Origin: a virus
Virus record (IMG/VR): IMGVR_UViG_3300030497_000005
Reading direction: 5' to 3' (one strand)
Length of the DNA: 41,127 nt
The position numbers and the translations under genes are program-made. The number at the start of each line of letters is the position of its first letter. Positions within the stretch are counted from its first letter, which is position 1. Positions 9,660 to 21,400 of this stretch are shown one piece after another. The notes below the pieces were generated by a model. It did no database searches. It was not told the DNA's origin and saw nothing but the letters and a program-made list of their open reading frames with translations.

Positions 9660-10240
9660 TGCCAACAACAATTCAAGAATTTGATGCGGTAAGAATTACA
9701 AATGCTACGGTTCAATTTATTAAAAATAAGGAAAAACAACCAGGCATTTCTTTCGGCTGCGTGGGTACGATCGAAGGCGAAACAGAAATGATTACAGTGG
9801 TAAAACTTTGTGAAGGAGTTGAAGCTAAACGAAAAACGAAGCCAACAAAAATGACAATGACTGTTGAAGCTCATATTCCAGTAGCAGTGGCTAGAAGTTA
9901 TTTTGGTTTGAAAGAAAAATACAATAATGGCATTTATACCTATGGGACAGATTCAATCGGTGATAGCTTTATCTTTGCTGCAGATGTTATTGACGATTTT
10001 GAGGATGTTGTTAAGAAAATCGCTTTTTCAAATTGTACGGATAATACTGGTTTCAAAATTTCCATGGAAAACGGAGCTGATGAAGTAGCTCTATTGGAAC
10101 TTGAATTTACAGCTTTACCAGACGAAGAAAAGAATATTTACTATGAAGCATTTGTTGATGAATTAGATGATGAAACAATTGCTGCTAAATGGCTGAAAGA
10201 ATTTTCTACAGAATTAGCAAAAGGTACACCAGCACCTTAA
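9659..10240 (+). CDS. major tail protein
   Basis: 193 aa, located before the chaperone and tape measure genes. SD GGAGG followed 7 nt later by GTG. Confidence 0.65.
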   Translation: MPTTIQEFDAVRITNATVQFIKNKEKQPGISFGCVGTIEGETEMITVVKLCEGVEAKRKTKPTKMTMTVEAHIPVAVARSYFGLKEKYNNGIYTYGTDSIGDSFIFAADVIDDFEDVVKKIAFSNCTDNTGFKISMENGADEVALLELEFTALPDEEKNIYYEAFVDELDDETIAAKWLKEFSTELAKGTPAP

Positions 10241-10255
10241 TAGGGGGATGATATT

Positions 10256-10777
10256 GTGACTAAAAAAATACATGTAGTAATTCTAAAAGAAACAGAAATT
10301 GTTGACGATGGACAAGGTGGATTTAAAGAAATTACAAAAGGAATTAGAAAGGTTCCTTGTTTCATATCCAATTACTCTTTAAAAGTTGGTAAGGAATTAG
10401 GACTTACAGAAGGTTCTCTATTGAGCGATATGTTAAGTCTAATGCCATTAGCAAATTTAAACGCGAAGGAACTTAATAATCTAAATGCAGAAGCTTTCAG
10501 AGGTATTGACGAAGTTGATATGATGAAGCTTATTTTTTTGGGCTGCATAGGAGCTAATAAGAAGATTGAAATGGACTTCGATGAATTTACACAACTTTAT
10601 CAAGGAGACTTTTCAGAAACGCTTATGCTTTATGTTCAATTATTGCAAGATTCAATGGGACATATGAGCAACAATTCTAAAAACCAATTTGCTGAAGGCT
10701 TACAAAAAAGCACAAGTAAAAAACAAGATAAGTTTAAAAAAAAATCGCATCACCACAAATCAATATCGAATGCGTAG
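10256..10777 (+). CDS. tail assembly chaperone (gpG-like, frame 0 product)
   Basis: Located immediately upstream of the tape measure gene and contains the slippery run near its 3' end. Confidence 0.7.
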   Translation: MTKKIHVVILKETEIVDDGQGGFKEITKGIRKVPCFISNYSLKVGKELGLTEGSLLSDMLSLMPLANLNAKELNNLNAEAFRGIDEVDMMKLIFLGCIGANKKIEMDFDEFTQLYQGDFSETLMLYVQLLQDSMGHMSNNSKNQFAEGLQKSTSKKQDKFKKKSHHHKSISNA

Positions 10778-10917
10778 AAGATAAGTATGTTTTATACGTG
10801 CTATCTGCTGGTATTGATCCAGATACTTTCTGGTATAGTCCTTATTCTTCCGTAGAACGGATATACGAAGGACAACTGGCTTTAGATGCATGGAAAAACA
10901 ATCCTCAGGAGAGGTAG
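10744..10917 (+). CDS. -1 frameshift extension of tail chaperone (gpT-like)
   Basis: TTT AAA AAA AAA (A9 at 10736-10744). The -1 frame is then open for 57 codons (IASPQINIECVEDKY...AWKNNPQER) and stops at 10915-10917, just before the tape-measure SD. Confidence 0.6.
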   Translation: MASPQINIECVEDKYVLYVLSAGIDPDTFWYSPYSSVERIYEGQLALDAWKNNPQER

Positions 10918-10930
10918 GTGAGGATATGTA

Positions 10931-13900
10931 ATGGCTGGCAACAACCAACAAGCCAATGTAACGTTTAAAGCCTTTAATAAGGACTTTAATAAGGCTTTAG
11001 GCGAAATGCGGCAAGAATCAGCCAAATTAAAGGCTGAAATGAAGTTAGAACAAGAGCAGTTGAAAGCTAATGGAACTGAAGCTGAAAAGCTTCAAGCCAG
11101 AATGAAATACTTAGAACAAGCTCATCAACTTGCTGCAAGAAAAGTAGCTGAAACATCTGCACAGGTAGAACGTGCTAAAGCTATTTTTGGAGAAAACTCG
11201 AATGAAGTTCGTAGGCTTGAGAATCAATTATTAAATGCCAGAACAGAAGAACAACGATTTGCCAATGATTTAAGAACTACCAATAACCAATTGTCCGAAG
11301 CTACAGATGAAACAAAGAAAGCAGCTGATGCCTTACAAAGTGATTTTAGTCAGGCCATTAGTGAAATAGATCGTGAAAGCGCCAGGTTTAGAGCAGAGTT
11401 ACAACTTCAAGAGCAACAACTAAGGTCAAATGGTACAGAAGCAGATCAATTAAGAGCTAAGGTAAGTTATTTAGAACAAGCTCATCAAAACGCTACGAGA
11501 AAAGTTACTGAAACCAGTTCGGCCTTAGAAAGAGCCAGAACCATATACGGACAAAACTCAAACGAAGTAAGAACTTTAGAAAGACAATTATTAGAAGCAA
11601 GAACTGCTGAACAAAGGTTTTCTAATGATTTAAGGGAAGCCAATCAACAGTTAAATGAGCAAATAGACGTTGCGAGAAGAGCTGGAGATGCAGTATCAGA
11701 AGCTGGTAAAAAAATATCAGAAGCTGGAGCTGGCATGACTTCCACTGTTACACCAGCAATAGCAGGTATAGGAGTAGCAGCAGGATTAGTTGCTGTCGAA
11801 GTAGATGGAGCAACGGCAAATATAAAAAACTCATTAGGAGTAACAGCTGAAGAAGCAGATAAGCTTACAGAAGTAGCAAGAGATATCTATAACCGCGGTT
11901 TTGGTGAAAGTTTGGAAGATGTAGAAGACGCTCTTATTCAAACTAAACAAAACCTAAAAGGCTTAAAAGATGAAGATTTATCTGAAAAAGTAGTTCAAGC
12001 CAAGCTATTAGGTGATACATTCGATTCAGAGGTAAACGAAGTTACAAGAGCTGGTAGTAATATTATGAAAGGCTTCGGTGACTCAGCGGATAAAGCTTTT
12101 GATTTAATGGCATATGGTGCTCAAAATGGCTTGAATTTTTCCAATGAAATGTTTGATAACCTTTCCGAATACGCGCCGTTATGGTCACAAATGGGCTATT
12201 CCAGTGACGAATATTTCCAAACGCTCATTAATGGCAGCCAAGCTGGTGTATATAATCTCGATTACATTAACGATGTAATGAAGGAATTTCAAATTAAAAT
12301 TAAAGATGGTTCCAAATCAACTGATGCTGCCATGAGTCAGTTATCTGACAGTACCAATCAAGTATGGCAAGATTTCCTGAATGGAAACGGAACTGTCAAA
12401 GAAGTTTCGGATGCTGTTTTAACTGAGTTACAAGGCATGGATGACCAAGTAGCAGCTAATGGTATTGGAGTTGGTCTCTATGGGACCAAGTGGGAAGACC
12501 TCGAAGCAGATGCTATGTATTCCCTAGCTAATGTCGATGGTGACATTAAAGGTTTGGATGGAACCATGCAAGAAATGGTTCAAACACAAGAAGATACATT
12601 CGGCCAGAGATTTCAAGCGATGCTACGCGAACTTAAAACAGCTTTCTTGCCATTGGGAGAAGTTTTACTACAATTAGCTGAAGATTACCTTCCAGCTGTC
12701 TCAGATGCTGTTTCTAAGTTGTCAGGATGGTTCAGTAACTTATCTCCATATTTCCAAAAGTTAATAGTTATTATAGGGGCCATCGTAGCAGCGATAGGGC
12801 CCTTTTTAGCCGTAATTGGATTTATGATACAAGGAATAAGTAATTTCATTGTTCCTATAATTAATGTGGTGAAATGGCTAGGTAGAATAGGTCCTATTAT
12901 ACAGGTTCTTAGAGTTGTTCTTGCTGCCTTAACAGGTCCGATCGGTTTGATTATCGCAATCGTTACTACATTGGCAATAGTCATTTATAAGAATTGGGAT
13001 AGCATTAAAAACTGGATAATCTCAGCATGCCAAGCAATCGGTACATGGTTAACGAATACTTGGAATTCCATTAAAGAAGGAGCAATTGCGGCGTTCACTT
13101 GGCTTGTGGTTAACGTTCCTATTTGGATTAATAATGTTATTACTTTCTTTACTGCTTTAGGAACGGCAATAGCGAATAAATGGAACGAGATAAAAACTAC
13201 TGCACAAATATTATGGACTGCAATAAAAACAGCTGTAATTAATTATGTAACATCGCTAATAACTTCTGCAGTCAGTAAGTTCTTATCATTTGTAGCACAA
13301 GTGAAAACTACAATAAATAATTTGAAAACTGGTCTTGTTAACACATTTAATGCCCTGAAAACATCGGTAGTTAACATTATCACAGCGATAAGAACAACCC
13401 TTTTAAATATATGGAATTCTATAAAAACAGGTATCGTTAATTCTGCAAACGCATTGAAAAATGGTGTTGTTTCCGTTTGGAATACATTGAAAACAACTGT
13501 TACTAATTTAGTAAACGCTATAAAAACTACAGCAGTAAATGCTTTTGATACAGCAAAAAGTCTTGTTGTGTCTGCTGTCACTGGTATGAAGAACAGTGTT
13601 AGTAACATAATCGGAACCATTAAAGATAAGTTTGTAGAAGTGAAAAACAATATCATTAATACCTTGAAAGGAATTAATTTAGCTACGATAGGTAGTGATA
13701 TTGTACAAGGGTTTATTAATGGGATATCCAATAAAATTGGAGCCGTAAAAGATAAAGTTGCCGAATTAGGAAATAGCGTAACAGACAAGATTAAAGCCAT
13801 TCTAGATATACATTCACCGTCAAGAGTAATGAAAGCAATTGGTGAATTTGTAGGTGATGGATTTGCAGAAGGTATTTCTGGTGCTGTGAAAGTGGTCAGT

Positions 13901-14161
13901 AAGGCTGCTGCTGGTCTTGCTAGAACAGTGAATTCAACTGTACAAGATGGATTAAACCAGCCAAATATCATTGCAAAGGCACAGCAAGCAAACCTAGATA
14001 AAACAGCACAATCTTTAAAAATGTCCATTCCTAACCTAAATATGCCTAATGAAGTGGTTGTGTATAGCGTGTTAGATGGTGAAATAATCGCTAAGAATCA
14101 ATATCCATTTATCAATAAGTATTTGGGTAACGACATAGATTTAGATTCAACTTACGGATAA
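10931..14161 (+). CDS. tail tape measure protein
   Basis: 1076 aa with coiled-coil N-terminus, hydrophobic central segment and long 11-residue-periodic W/N/K/T repeats (NIWNSIKTGIVNSANALKNGVVSVWNTLKTTV...). Confidence 0.95.
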   Translation: MAGNNQQANVTFKAFNKDFNKALGEMRQESAKLKAEMKLEQEQLKANGTEAEKLQARMKYLEQAHQLAARKVAETSAQVERAKAIFGENSNEVRRLENQLLNARTEEQRFANDLRTTNNQLSEATDETKKAADALQSDFSQAISEIDRESARFRAELQLQEQQLRSNGTEADQLRAKVSYLEQAHQNATRKVTETSSALERARTIYGQNSNEVRTLERQLLEARTAEQRFSNDLREANQQLNEQIDVARRAGDAVSEAGKKISEAGAGMTSTVTPAIAGIGVAAGLVAVEVDGATANIKNSLGVTAEEADKLTEVARDIYNRGFGESLEDVEDALIQTKQNLKGLKDEDLSEKVVQAKLLGDTFDSEVNEVTRAGSNIMKGFGDSADKAFDLMAYGAQNGLNFSNEMFDNLSEYAPLWSQMGYSSDEYFQTLINGSQAGVYNLDYINDVMKEFQIKIKDGSKSTDAAMSQLSDSTNQVWQDFLNGNGTVKEVSDAVLTELQGMDDQVAANGIGVGLYGTKWEDLEADAMYSLANVDGDIKGLDGTMQEMVQTQEDTFGQRFQAMLRELKTAFLPLGEVLLQLAEDYLPAVSDAVSKLSGWFSNLSPYFQKLIVIIGAIVAAIGPFLAVIGFMIQGISNFIVPIINVVKWLGRIGPIIQVLRVVLAALTGPIGLIIAIVTTLAIVIYKNWDSIKNWIISACQAIGTWLTNTWNSIKEGAIAAFTWLVVNVPIWINNVITFFTALGTAIANKWNEIKTTAQILWTAIKTAVINYVTSLITSAVSKFLSFVAQVKTTINNLKTGLVNTFNALKTSVVNIITAIRTTLLNIWNSIKTGIVNSANALKNGVVSVWNTLKTTVTNLVNAIKTTAVNAFDTAKSLVVSAVTGMKNSVSNIIGTIKDKFVEVKNNIINTLKGINLATIGSDIVQGFINGISNKIGAVKDKVAELGNSVTDKIKAILDIHSPSRVMKAIGEFVGDGFAEGISGAVKVVSKAAAGLARTVNSTVQDGLNQPNIIAKAQQANLDKTAQSLKMSIPNLNMPNEVVVYSVLDGEIIAKNQYPFINKYLGNDIDLDSTYG
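11015..11665 (+). repeat. imperfect tandem duplication (2 x 360 nt) inside tape measure gene
   Basis: ESAKLKAEMKLEQEQLKANGTEAEKLQARMKYLEQAHQ... is repeated 120 aa later as ESARFRAELQLQEQQLRSNGTEADQLRAKVSYLEQAHQ... Confidence 0.8.
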
Positions 14162-14180
14162 TGTTTGGAGGAAAAGTGAT

Positions 14181-15014
14181 ATGGAAAAGAGCATATTCAA
14201 CTTTAAAATTTTATACAAAGATGGTTCAGTCTTAGATTTACACGAGGACAAGAATCTATGGGTAAGCTCTTTTCGTATCAGCTCCCCTGAACCAGAACAT
14301 ATAACCAGCACTGTTGAAGGAGTACATGGATCTATTCACCAAGGGACAATCTTGAAAGAAAGAAAAATAACTTCTGTTATATCAGTGGAGGGTTGGGATG
14401 ATTTAGACTTTGACCTTTTAAGGGATGAAATATTTTTGATTTTTAACCCATTGGAGAAGTTTCATATTATCCGAGATTTACAAAAAGGTAAGCGAATGGA
14501 AGTATCCGTAAACAACAGTTATGAAATTGATTATACAACCTTAGAAGATGGGGAGTTTACTATTGAATTTGTAATTCATTCCGTTTTCTTGGAGTCTGTA
14601 GGGACTACTGAAGACATATTTAGCTTTGAAAATGCTCTATTCCAAATTGGTCAAGGGTTAGTTGGAGATGACTTGAAGTATAATCACAACACAAATACTT
14701 TCCGTATATTTAACGCAGGAGCTATTGAAATAGATCCGAGAAAATTACCTATGCAAATTGTGTTTGAGGGAGCTTCTAATAATCTCAAAATTTCTAATAA
14801 GACTACAGGCGATATTTGGTCTTACACAGGAACAACACAAGCAACAGATCGTATCATCTTAAACAGGGTAAAAGCAGAAAAGAACAACACAAGTATAATG
14901 GCAAATACTAATAGAAAAGTAATAAAGTTAGCTAAAGGATGGAATGATTTTGTTATTTCTGGTACTACTTCGGACTTTTTAATTAAATTTATATTTAGGT
15001 TTTATTATTTGTAG
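14181..15014 (+). CDS. distal tail protein (Dit-like)
   Basis: Position directly after the tape measure gene; 277 aa. Confidence 0.65.
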   Translation: MEKSIFNFKILYKDGSVLDLHEDKNLWVSSFRISSPEPEHITSTVEGVHGSIHQGTILKERKITSVISVEGWDDLDFDLLRDEIFLIFNPLEKFHIIRDLQKGKRMEVSVNNSYEIDYTTLEDGEFTIEFVIHSVFLESVGTTEDIFSFENALFQIGQGLVGDDLKYNHNTNTFRIFNAGAIEIDPRKLPMQIVFEGASNNLKISNKTTGDIWSYTGTTQATDRIILNRVKAEKNNTSIMANTNRKVIKLAKGWNDFVISGTTSDFLIKFIFRFYYL

Positions 15015-15022
15015 GTGATGTT

Positions 15023-16936
15023 ATGGATTTAGATATTAAGAGCTTACAAGGAACAATTGAAAAATTAACGGATTTTTCTGTCACTCGTTCTGATCCATCG
15101 GACGGACAAAAAAAAATAACCGTAAACATTACTAAAACAGAAAGTAATTTACACTCTTATCCTTTAGTGCTAAATGAAAATATTTTTATCTATGATGATG
15201 AGGAATATGTTATTAAGCAACTTGCTGAAAAAACATTAGGAAAATCATCAACCTTAAGTTGCACAGCCATTCATAAGATGATTGAGGATTTCAACAATCA
15301 TCGAATTTATGATATTAAAAATGGCAATATGAGTTTGGCTGATTCCTTAAAATTTATTGCTAACGGTCTAGGATATACATTCCAAATTGACACTTCAGGT
15401 CTACCAAATACTGTTGCATTAGAAAATTTCGGTGATGACTATACATGGAATCTATTTAAGTCCATTTTAGAGAAATTTGGTGCTGAATTTAAAATAATTG
15501 GCACGATAATAATTATACAAAAGGAAATAGGATATAAAACAGAAAACCAATTTCATTATCTGTTTAACATAGATCAACCACAAAAAGAAATTGATACAAC
15601 TACCTTAAAAACCTATATTCGCGGATATGGGAAAACAAAGGATGAAAAGGACATTATTACAGACAATTCACTTTCATATGATTCGCGTTCTGGTAAATAT
15701 GAAATTGAAACTGGACAGAATAAATTAGCCACAAGTGAAGTCGGAGCAACCTTTAAATTTTCCTTTTCTGGTACAGGGTTTAAATTTCGTACCCTAGTTC
15801 ATTTCCTAGGTGGTAAATGGGAATTTGTTGTAGATGGCAGCAATTCTAAAACGATTTCCACATATAAAGACGTTGTGGCCGAAGTTCAAACTTTGGACGT
15901 TATTAGAGGCCTTGAGAATAAAACACATTCTGTAGTGGCCACTTTCAAAGGGAAAGATTCAAATAATCCATATACAAAGGGTACAAATGCTACTCCATTA
16001 AATTATTTATTAGATGGTAATATTATTACCACATACAAGCTGTTAGTTGGTGATGAGGTCTATACTGCAGTTACTGAATACACTAGCCCACTTGCCACAG
16101 CATATGGTTTACGCCATGCTGATCCAGTAAAAAGTGATTCCATTACAAATAAAACTGATTTAACAAATGAATGTATTAAGACTTTAACAGACAGCATTAC
16201 TATGTCTATAAAATTAACTTCCACTAAAATAAAAGATTTAGGTTGGAATGAAATAAAACGCGGTGATTATGTTTGGTGTATCATTGATCCTTTTGATATT
16301 TCTACTTATATCCGAGTAGTTGAGGTGGAGGATTACTCCGATGAAACTAAAGATGCAGTTTATACATTAGGCACTTTAAAGCAAAACGCAAATAAGATTT
16401 TAGCACAATATAAAAAAACATCAAAAACCGTTCAAAAAATCACTACATCCAATAATAAAGTGAAAAGCAACGCAATCACTATTGATTCACAAACAACTTT
16501 TGGAGCTGGTTATAATCCCTCAACCAAGGTGGATGTGGCAGACATCGAACAAATAACAGAATCATTAGCCGAAATGAATGAAGCTATAAGTGGTAAAGCT
16601 GATAATGAATTAGCTTCAGAAGTTAGAAGCGGATTGCTGAGTGCTGCTTTATTTAAAAAGTTATCTTCAATAAATGTCGATGAATATGGAAATGTTACTG
16701 TAGACTTTACGGAAATACAAAAAGCATTAAATGACTTAGAAGAAGAATTGCTAACAAAAGCAAGTACTTCTATAGCAAGTCATACAGAAAATGGATTAAT
16801 GAGTTCAACAGATAAAACTAAGTTGGACCAAATAACAACCGTAACAGGACAAGTTTATGACTTGTCTTCTTTTATAGAAAGATTACAAATTATTGAAGAA
16901 AAACTTGAAGCAATAGATGGAGGTGGAACTACTTAA
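15023..16936 (+). CDS. tail-associated hub / Tal-like protein
   Basis: Position after Dit; 637 aa; C-terminal coiled-coil stretch. Confidence 0.6.
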   Translation: MDLDIKSLQGTIEKLTDFSVTRSDPSDGQKKITVNITKTESNLHSYPLVLNENIFIYDDEEYVIKQLAEKTLGKSSTLSCTAIHKMIEDFNNHRIYDIKNGNMSLADSLKFIANGLGYTFQIDTSGLPNTVALENFGDDYTWNLFKSILEKFGAEFKIIGTIIIIQKEIGYKTENQFHYLFNIDQPQKEIDTTTLKTYIRGYGKTKDEKDIITDNSLSYDSRSGKYEIETGQNKLATSEVGATFKFSFSGTGFKFRTLVHFLGGKWEFVVDGSNSKTISTYKDVVAEVQTLDVIRGLENKTHSVVATFKGKDSNNPYTKGTNATPLNYLLDGNIITTYKLLVGDEVYTAVTEYTSPLATAYGLRHADPVKSDSITNKTDLTNECIKTLTDSITMSIKLTSTKIKDLGWNEIKRGDYVWCIIDPFDISTYIRVVEVEDYSDETKDAVYTLGTLKQNANKILAQYKKTSKTVQKITTSNNKVKSNAITIDSQTTFGAGYNPSTKVDVADIEQITESLAEMNEAISGKADNELASEVRSGLLSAALFKKLSSINVDEYGNVTVDFTEIQKALNDLEEELLTKASTSIASHTENGLMSSTDKTKLDQITTVTGQVYDLSSFIERLQIIEEKLEAIDGGGTT

Positions 16937-18456
16937 TGCGTGGTCCATATCGAATATTAAAAGTACTTTTTAATTCTGTATTCAGAAATGACTTAAATAA
17001 AAACTTCGAAGATATTTATTCCGATATTAACGAAATTTACAAAAGATTGGATGAACAAATACTTAAAAATCCACAACCTTCAGAAATAGTGGATGCACGA
17101 ATAAATTACAAAGGTTTCCCCTTTGATACACTTCGAAAATTATTAATTGCAGAACAACTTAAGGTGGTAGATATTTTGGATCAAATTGAAGGAACTACAA
17201 AAATAAATGAACTAACTTCCCCTCAATATCTAGCGCACAGGGGAAGTTCTTTTTTATATCCTGAAAATACCCTAGAAGCCTTTAAAATGAGCAAAATGAA
17301 TGGTTCTTTGTTCATTGAATTAGATGTTAGACAAGATAGATCTGGCTCCCTTTGTGTTATTCATGATGAAGAAGTTATACGAGTAACAGGAATTGACCAC
17401 AGAGGTTCAGATAGAGTTCAGTACTTAAATACTCCTTATATTCGGTCAATGAAAGTGGCAGGATTACTACCTAACTATCCAGAACAGCCTATTCCTTATC
17501 TGGAAGAGGTATTTCAGACATTCGGAAACAAAGTGAATTATGCCATTGAGTCGAAAGACAGAAGAAGTGCTGCTTTGATTGCTGATTTAGCTGAAAAATA
17601 TAAGTTAAAAGAACACGTTTTAATTCAATCCTTTAACCAAGATGAATTGCTCACAATAAATGAAAGAGAATTTGAGTTATTACTACTCAGCGATACTGCA
17701 ACAGATCCTTCTTGGTTATTAAATAATAATATTCGATATGTTGGTTGTAGCACCAATGTATCTGATTTGTATGTAAGCATGTTGACAGAAGCAGGGATAA
17801 AGGTCATTGTTTATTCCGTAAATCATCAATATTTAGCAGATAAGTATTTAGGATTAGGGGCATTCGGATTATTTAGTGATGATCCATTCTATATATCAAA
17901 AACCTATCCTACAAGAGAAGATTCTCCGTTTTCAGAAATAGTATTCAGCAGCGGTTTTATCCCTCATTATGCTTCTTATCGTGGAGGATTCACGGATGAT
18001 TACAGATGGGGATTTCTTGAACAAAGTGAAGATAGAGATTTTGTGTTGCAAGGATGGGCTGGTGAATTACCGAACGAATTCACAATGACACTCAATGTAA
18101 AATTCATGGAGCGTAATAATGGATGGGGAAGTATTGCTTTATGTACACCAATTGATTATTTTGACGATAACAAAACAAATTTATCAGGTGGTTATCATTT
18201 ATTATTTAGCCCTGCTGGAATATCCATTTACAAAGTAATTAATGGAGTAAGTACTTTGATGGCTAGTTCAAATGAAATTAACAATCTTACAGATGGAACA
18301 ATTAAATACTTCACTGTAACTGTGAATGCTACATCCATAACATTTAGTACAAACGATGCATCCATTACGATTAATGATTCTCAATTCCGTAATGGATTTT
18401 TGCATTTCGGAAGAAAATGGGGGACTGTTTCCTTTCAAAATGTTCTGATTTCATAA
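16936..18456 (+). CDS. tail protein with glycerophosphodiester phosphodiesterase (GDPD) domain
   Basis: LAHRGSSFLYPENTLEAFKMS...FIELDVRQDRSGSLCVIHDEEV matches the GDPD HR(G)...EN(T)...E.D...HD signature. Confidence 0.8.
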   Translation: MRGPYRILKVLFNSVFRNDLNKNFEDIYSDINEIYKRLDEQILKNPQPSEIVDARINYKGFPFDTLRKLLIAEQLKVVDILDQIEGTTKINELTSPQYLAHRGSSFLYPENTLEAFKMSKMNGSLFIELDVRQDRSGSLCVIHDEEVIRVTGIDHRGSDRVQYLNTPYIRSMKVAGLLPNYPEQPIPYLEEVFQTFGNKVNYAIESKDRRSAALIADLAEKYKLKEHVLIQSFNQDELLTINEREFELLLLSDTATDPSWLLNNNIRYVGCSTNVSDLYVSMLTEAGIKVIVYSVNHQYLADKYLGLGAFGLFSDDPFYISKTYPTREDSPFSEIVFSSGFIPHYASYRGGFTDDYRWGFLEQSEDRDFVLQGWAGELPNEFTMTLNVKFMERNNGWGSIALCTPIDYFDDNKTNLSGGYHLLFSPAGISIYKVINGVSTLMASSNEINNLTDGTIKYFTVTVNATSITFSTNDASITINDSQFRNGFLHFGRKWGTVSFQNVLIS

Positions 18457-18474
18457 GAAAGGGGGTTATATATT

Positions 18475-21400
18475 ATGGCATTGTTCCATGCAAATATTGA
18501 TCCTGTATATTTAATAAAACGACTCGGCACAGATGAGAGCCCTTTTATCCCAATTAATCAACCTTTAACTGTTAAATATGGACGAGTAATCTTAAAGGAA
18601 TTCCCTGATTTCACAGAAAAAGTTACTGTTGTTAATGATGGCGGATTAACATTTGAAGAAGTAACTACTGCAGAATTAGGAGAACAAGAATACCGAGTAG
18701 ACTACACAACAGGAGCAGTATTTTTCCATATTTCTCAAGAAGGAAAAAAGTTTAACTTCAGTTATTTAGGAACAGGGTATTTAAACATTCCAGCTAGTCG
18801 CGTAAGTGTAGATGATAGCAATACAAATGGTGAAATCATTACCATTCAAGATATATTAGATGCTCAAGGAAATATTGTTAATCGTTTAACAGATACACAA
18901 GTTGAAATTAAAAGCATTGAGGATCTAGTTACAAATAATAAAGTAGTAAAAAGCATTGACTATGAAGCAAACAAAACAGAAGTAACACAACGTCTTTCGC
19001 AAAAAGCAGAACAAACCTATGTAGACAATGCCTTGGCAAATATAACGGATGGTTCACCAAAGGAATTATTCTACTCAGTTAATGCGTTAAAATCTAAATA
19101 CCCTAGTGGTTCCATTGGAACAATGTTAGTGTATGATGCAACACATGTAGATGGCGCACACTCCTATTTTTGGAATGGTACAACTTGGGAAGACTTAGGT
19201 TTATATCAAGGTTCAAAAGTAGCCGCAGCATCACTAAGTGGAGACGAACTTAATAAGAATGCAATTAAGCCAAGAAAATTGTTTGGTACACAAGTATATA
19301 ACGTTTTTAATAAAGATACAGCTTTAATTAATCAAAGAATTGTATATACAAATGGTGTAGCATCCATTACAAACGATAATAATTGGGCTGTGTCTGATTA
19401 CGAAGCTGTTACTGCAGGAGAAACATTTACTATTGAAAAAGCGACTGTTGCTGGTACTACATTAGTTGTTTACTTTGACAGCAATAAGAAACCAATATCA
19501 GACTTTAAAAGTCCTACAAGCTTTGCTAAAACAACGTACACAGTTCCAACTAATGCTTACTTTAAGCGTACTAATGTCATTATTGATAAAGGCATTGATA
19601 CAGCCATGATAGCTGTTGGATCTACTTATCCAACAGTTTATTATCCTTATCAAAAAGCAAAGGTTAACTGGATTGATTTAGATGAAGTATATGCCGAAAT
19701 AAATAATACAAATAAATCACTGGATTCAAAGGCAAAAGAGTTAACTGAAAATATTTCAAATGTAAACAATGCATTGGAAAACAACCTTGTCATTGAAGAT
19801 ATTCTACAAGGAAAAACAATAAATAGAGTGGGCGCTCCCAGTGATATAGCTGCACAATATTATGGCTTTTCAAACAGGATAGCTAAGTTAGGAGCACCAA
19901 TTAAAAAAATAAAAATGCATCAAAAATTTGTTGTAGCTGGAGCTATGTACAAATGTGAATTAAGGAGTGATGACAGAACCACTCTTTATGGAACTGCATC
20001 TGCAACAACACCTTTAGCCGATGGTTCAATCGGTTTAATTGAATTTGTGTTTGATACACCAATTGATATATCAGAAGCAAACTTTTATGTTGTTGTATAT
20101 AGTTCAACTACTGGTGCTTTTGTTTCTTCTTCAAAGGATACTACGCTAAGAACAGCTATATGTACGGCAGATTCTTCAAAGGGTAATTTGTATTTCCCTA
20201 ACCCTACCAACAGTGGAAGCGGAGGATGGTCGGTTAGTCCAGTAAATTCTTACTATATGCAATTGGAGTTCTATTCAAGGGAAAACAATATTTTACCACT
20301 AGATAAAAGTATTGGAATAGAAAAGCTTACTGAGGATATTCAAGCGCAATTGTCTGTTATTAAAAACCCTTTATCTTTATTTCTTCCTAAGAAAATTTTC
20401 ACTTGGGGGAACGCGATAAATGGAGATTATGTGGGGGCTAGAGTTCCAAGAGTAAGTTTGTATTTAGATCACGCTATTCCTTGGGGAACAGATGTTAGTG
20501 GTATGAGATTTTTAAATACTTCACAAAAGAACAGATTAGACTTTTATACTCCATATCCTTTAGATTGGACTCTTACAACCATAAATGATGGAAAGGCAAA
20601 ACAGGAGATATCAAAAGCTTTTACTGTTGTTGGAGATAAGATTCAAGACATAACAGCAAGCATTACTCAAGTCAGTGTTCGTAACGATGTTGGAGCTGAT
20701 AAAGTTGTGGCCTTGTTTACTATTGGGGATAGTACTGTTGAAGGAGCCAATGCGTTTATTACTTTGCCAGATGGCACGCAGGTATGGGCTCCTTTTTGGC
20801 ATGTTGTAGCACAACAATTTGCCATGGACTCTATCGAAGCTAACGATGCTAATAAATATCGTTTTGTTGCTTTGGGTACAAGAGCTGGAAAAGGAGGACC
20901 AGCAACCGTAAATCACCTAGGAAAAACAAGAAATATTATTACGGCCACAGGCGGGGAATCAGGTTCCAAATTAGCAGACCATTTGCGTTATGTTTCGCAG
21001 AAAAGACCTTCCCAAGCTACTTGGGATCTTTTGGGTTTAGGAAACGGAACAGGCACTGACTATACTGGCACAGCTGCACAAAAGGATTTAATTGCACAAA
21101 CTGCCGAAGTTTATACAGGAACTGAAGCTGATTATAGAGGAAATAATCCTTTCTTTGACCAAAATAAGACAGGAAATAACCGTTTTTCTATTGCTAAATG
21201 GTTAGAACGATACAGAACACTTGATGATAACGGTAATCGCCTAGCATTAGGGAGTGGGACAGGTACAAAAGTTACAAGCAGTAATATAAACATTCTTAAT
21301 GTTTGTACTCCTACCCACTTTCTACTGCAAACAGGGTTAAATGATTGGTCTCAAGTAAGTGTAGCTCAGTATATAGCAGATATGGATATAACGGTTAGCG

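Noticed and set aside
9548-9874. Minus-strand 108-aa ORF across the tail gene junction
   Set aside because: It is antisense to two well-placed structural genes, has no SD and has a Phe/Cys/Asn-rich composition.
12685-14028. Minus-strand ORFs (99 aa and 261 aa) inside the tape measure gene
   Set aside because: These are shadow ORFs generated by the repetitive, codon-biased tape-measure sequence. They are antisense to a gene with overwhelming support.
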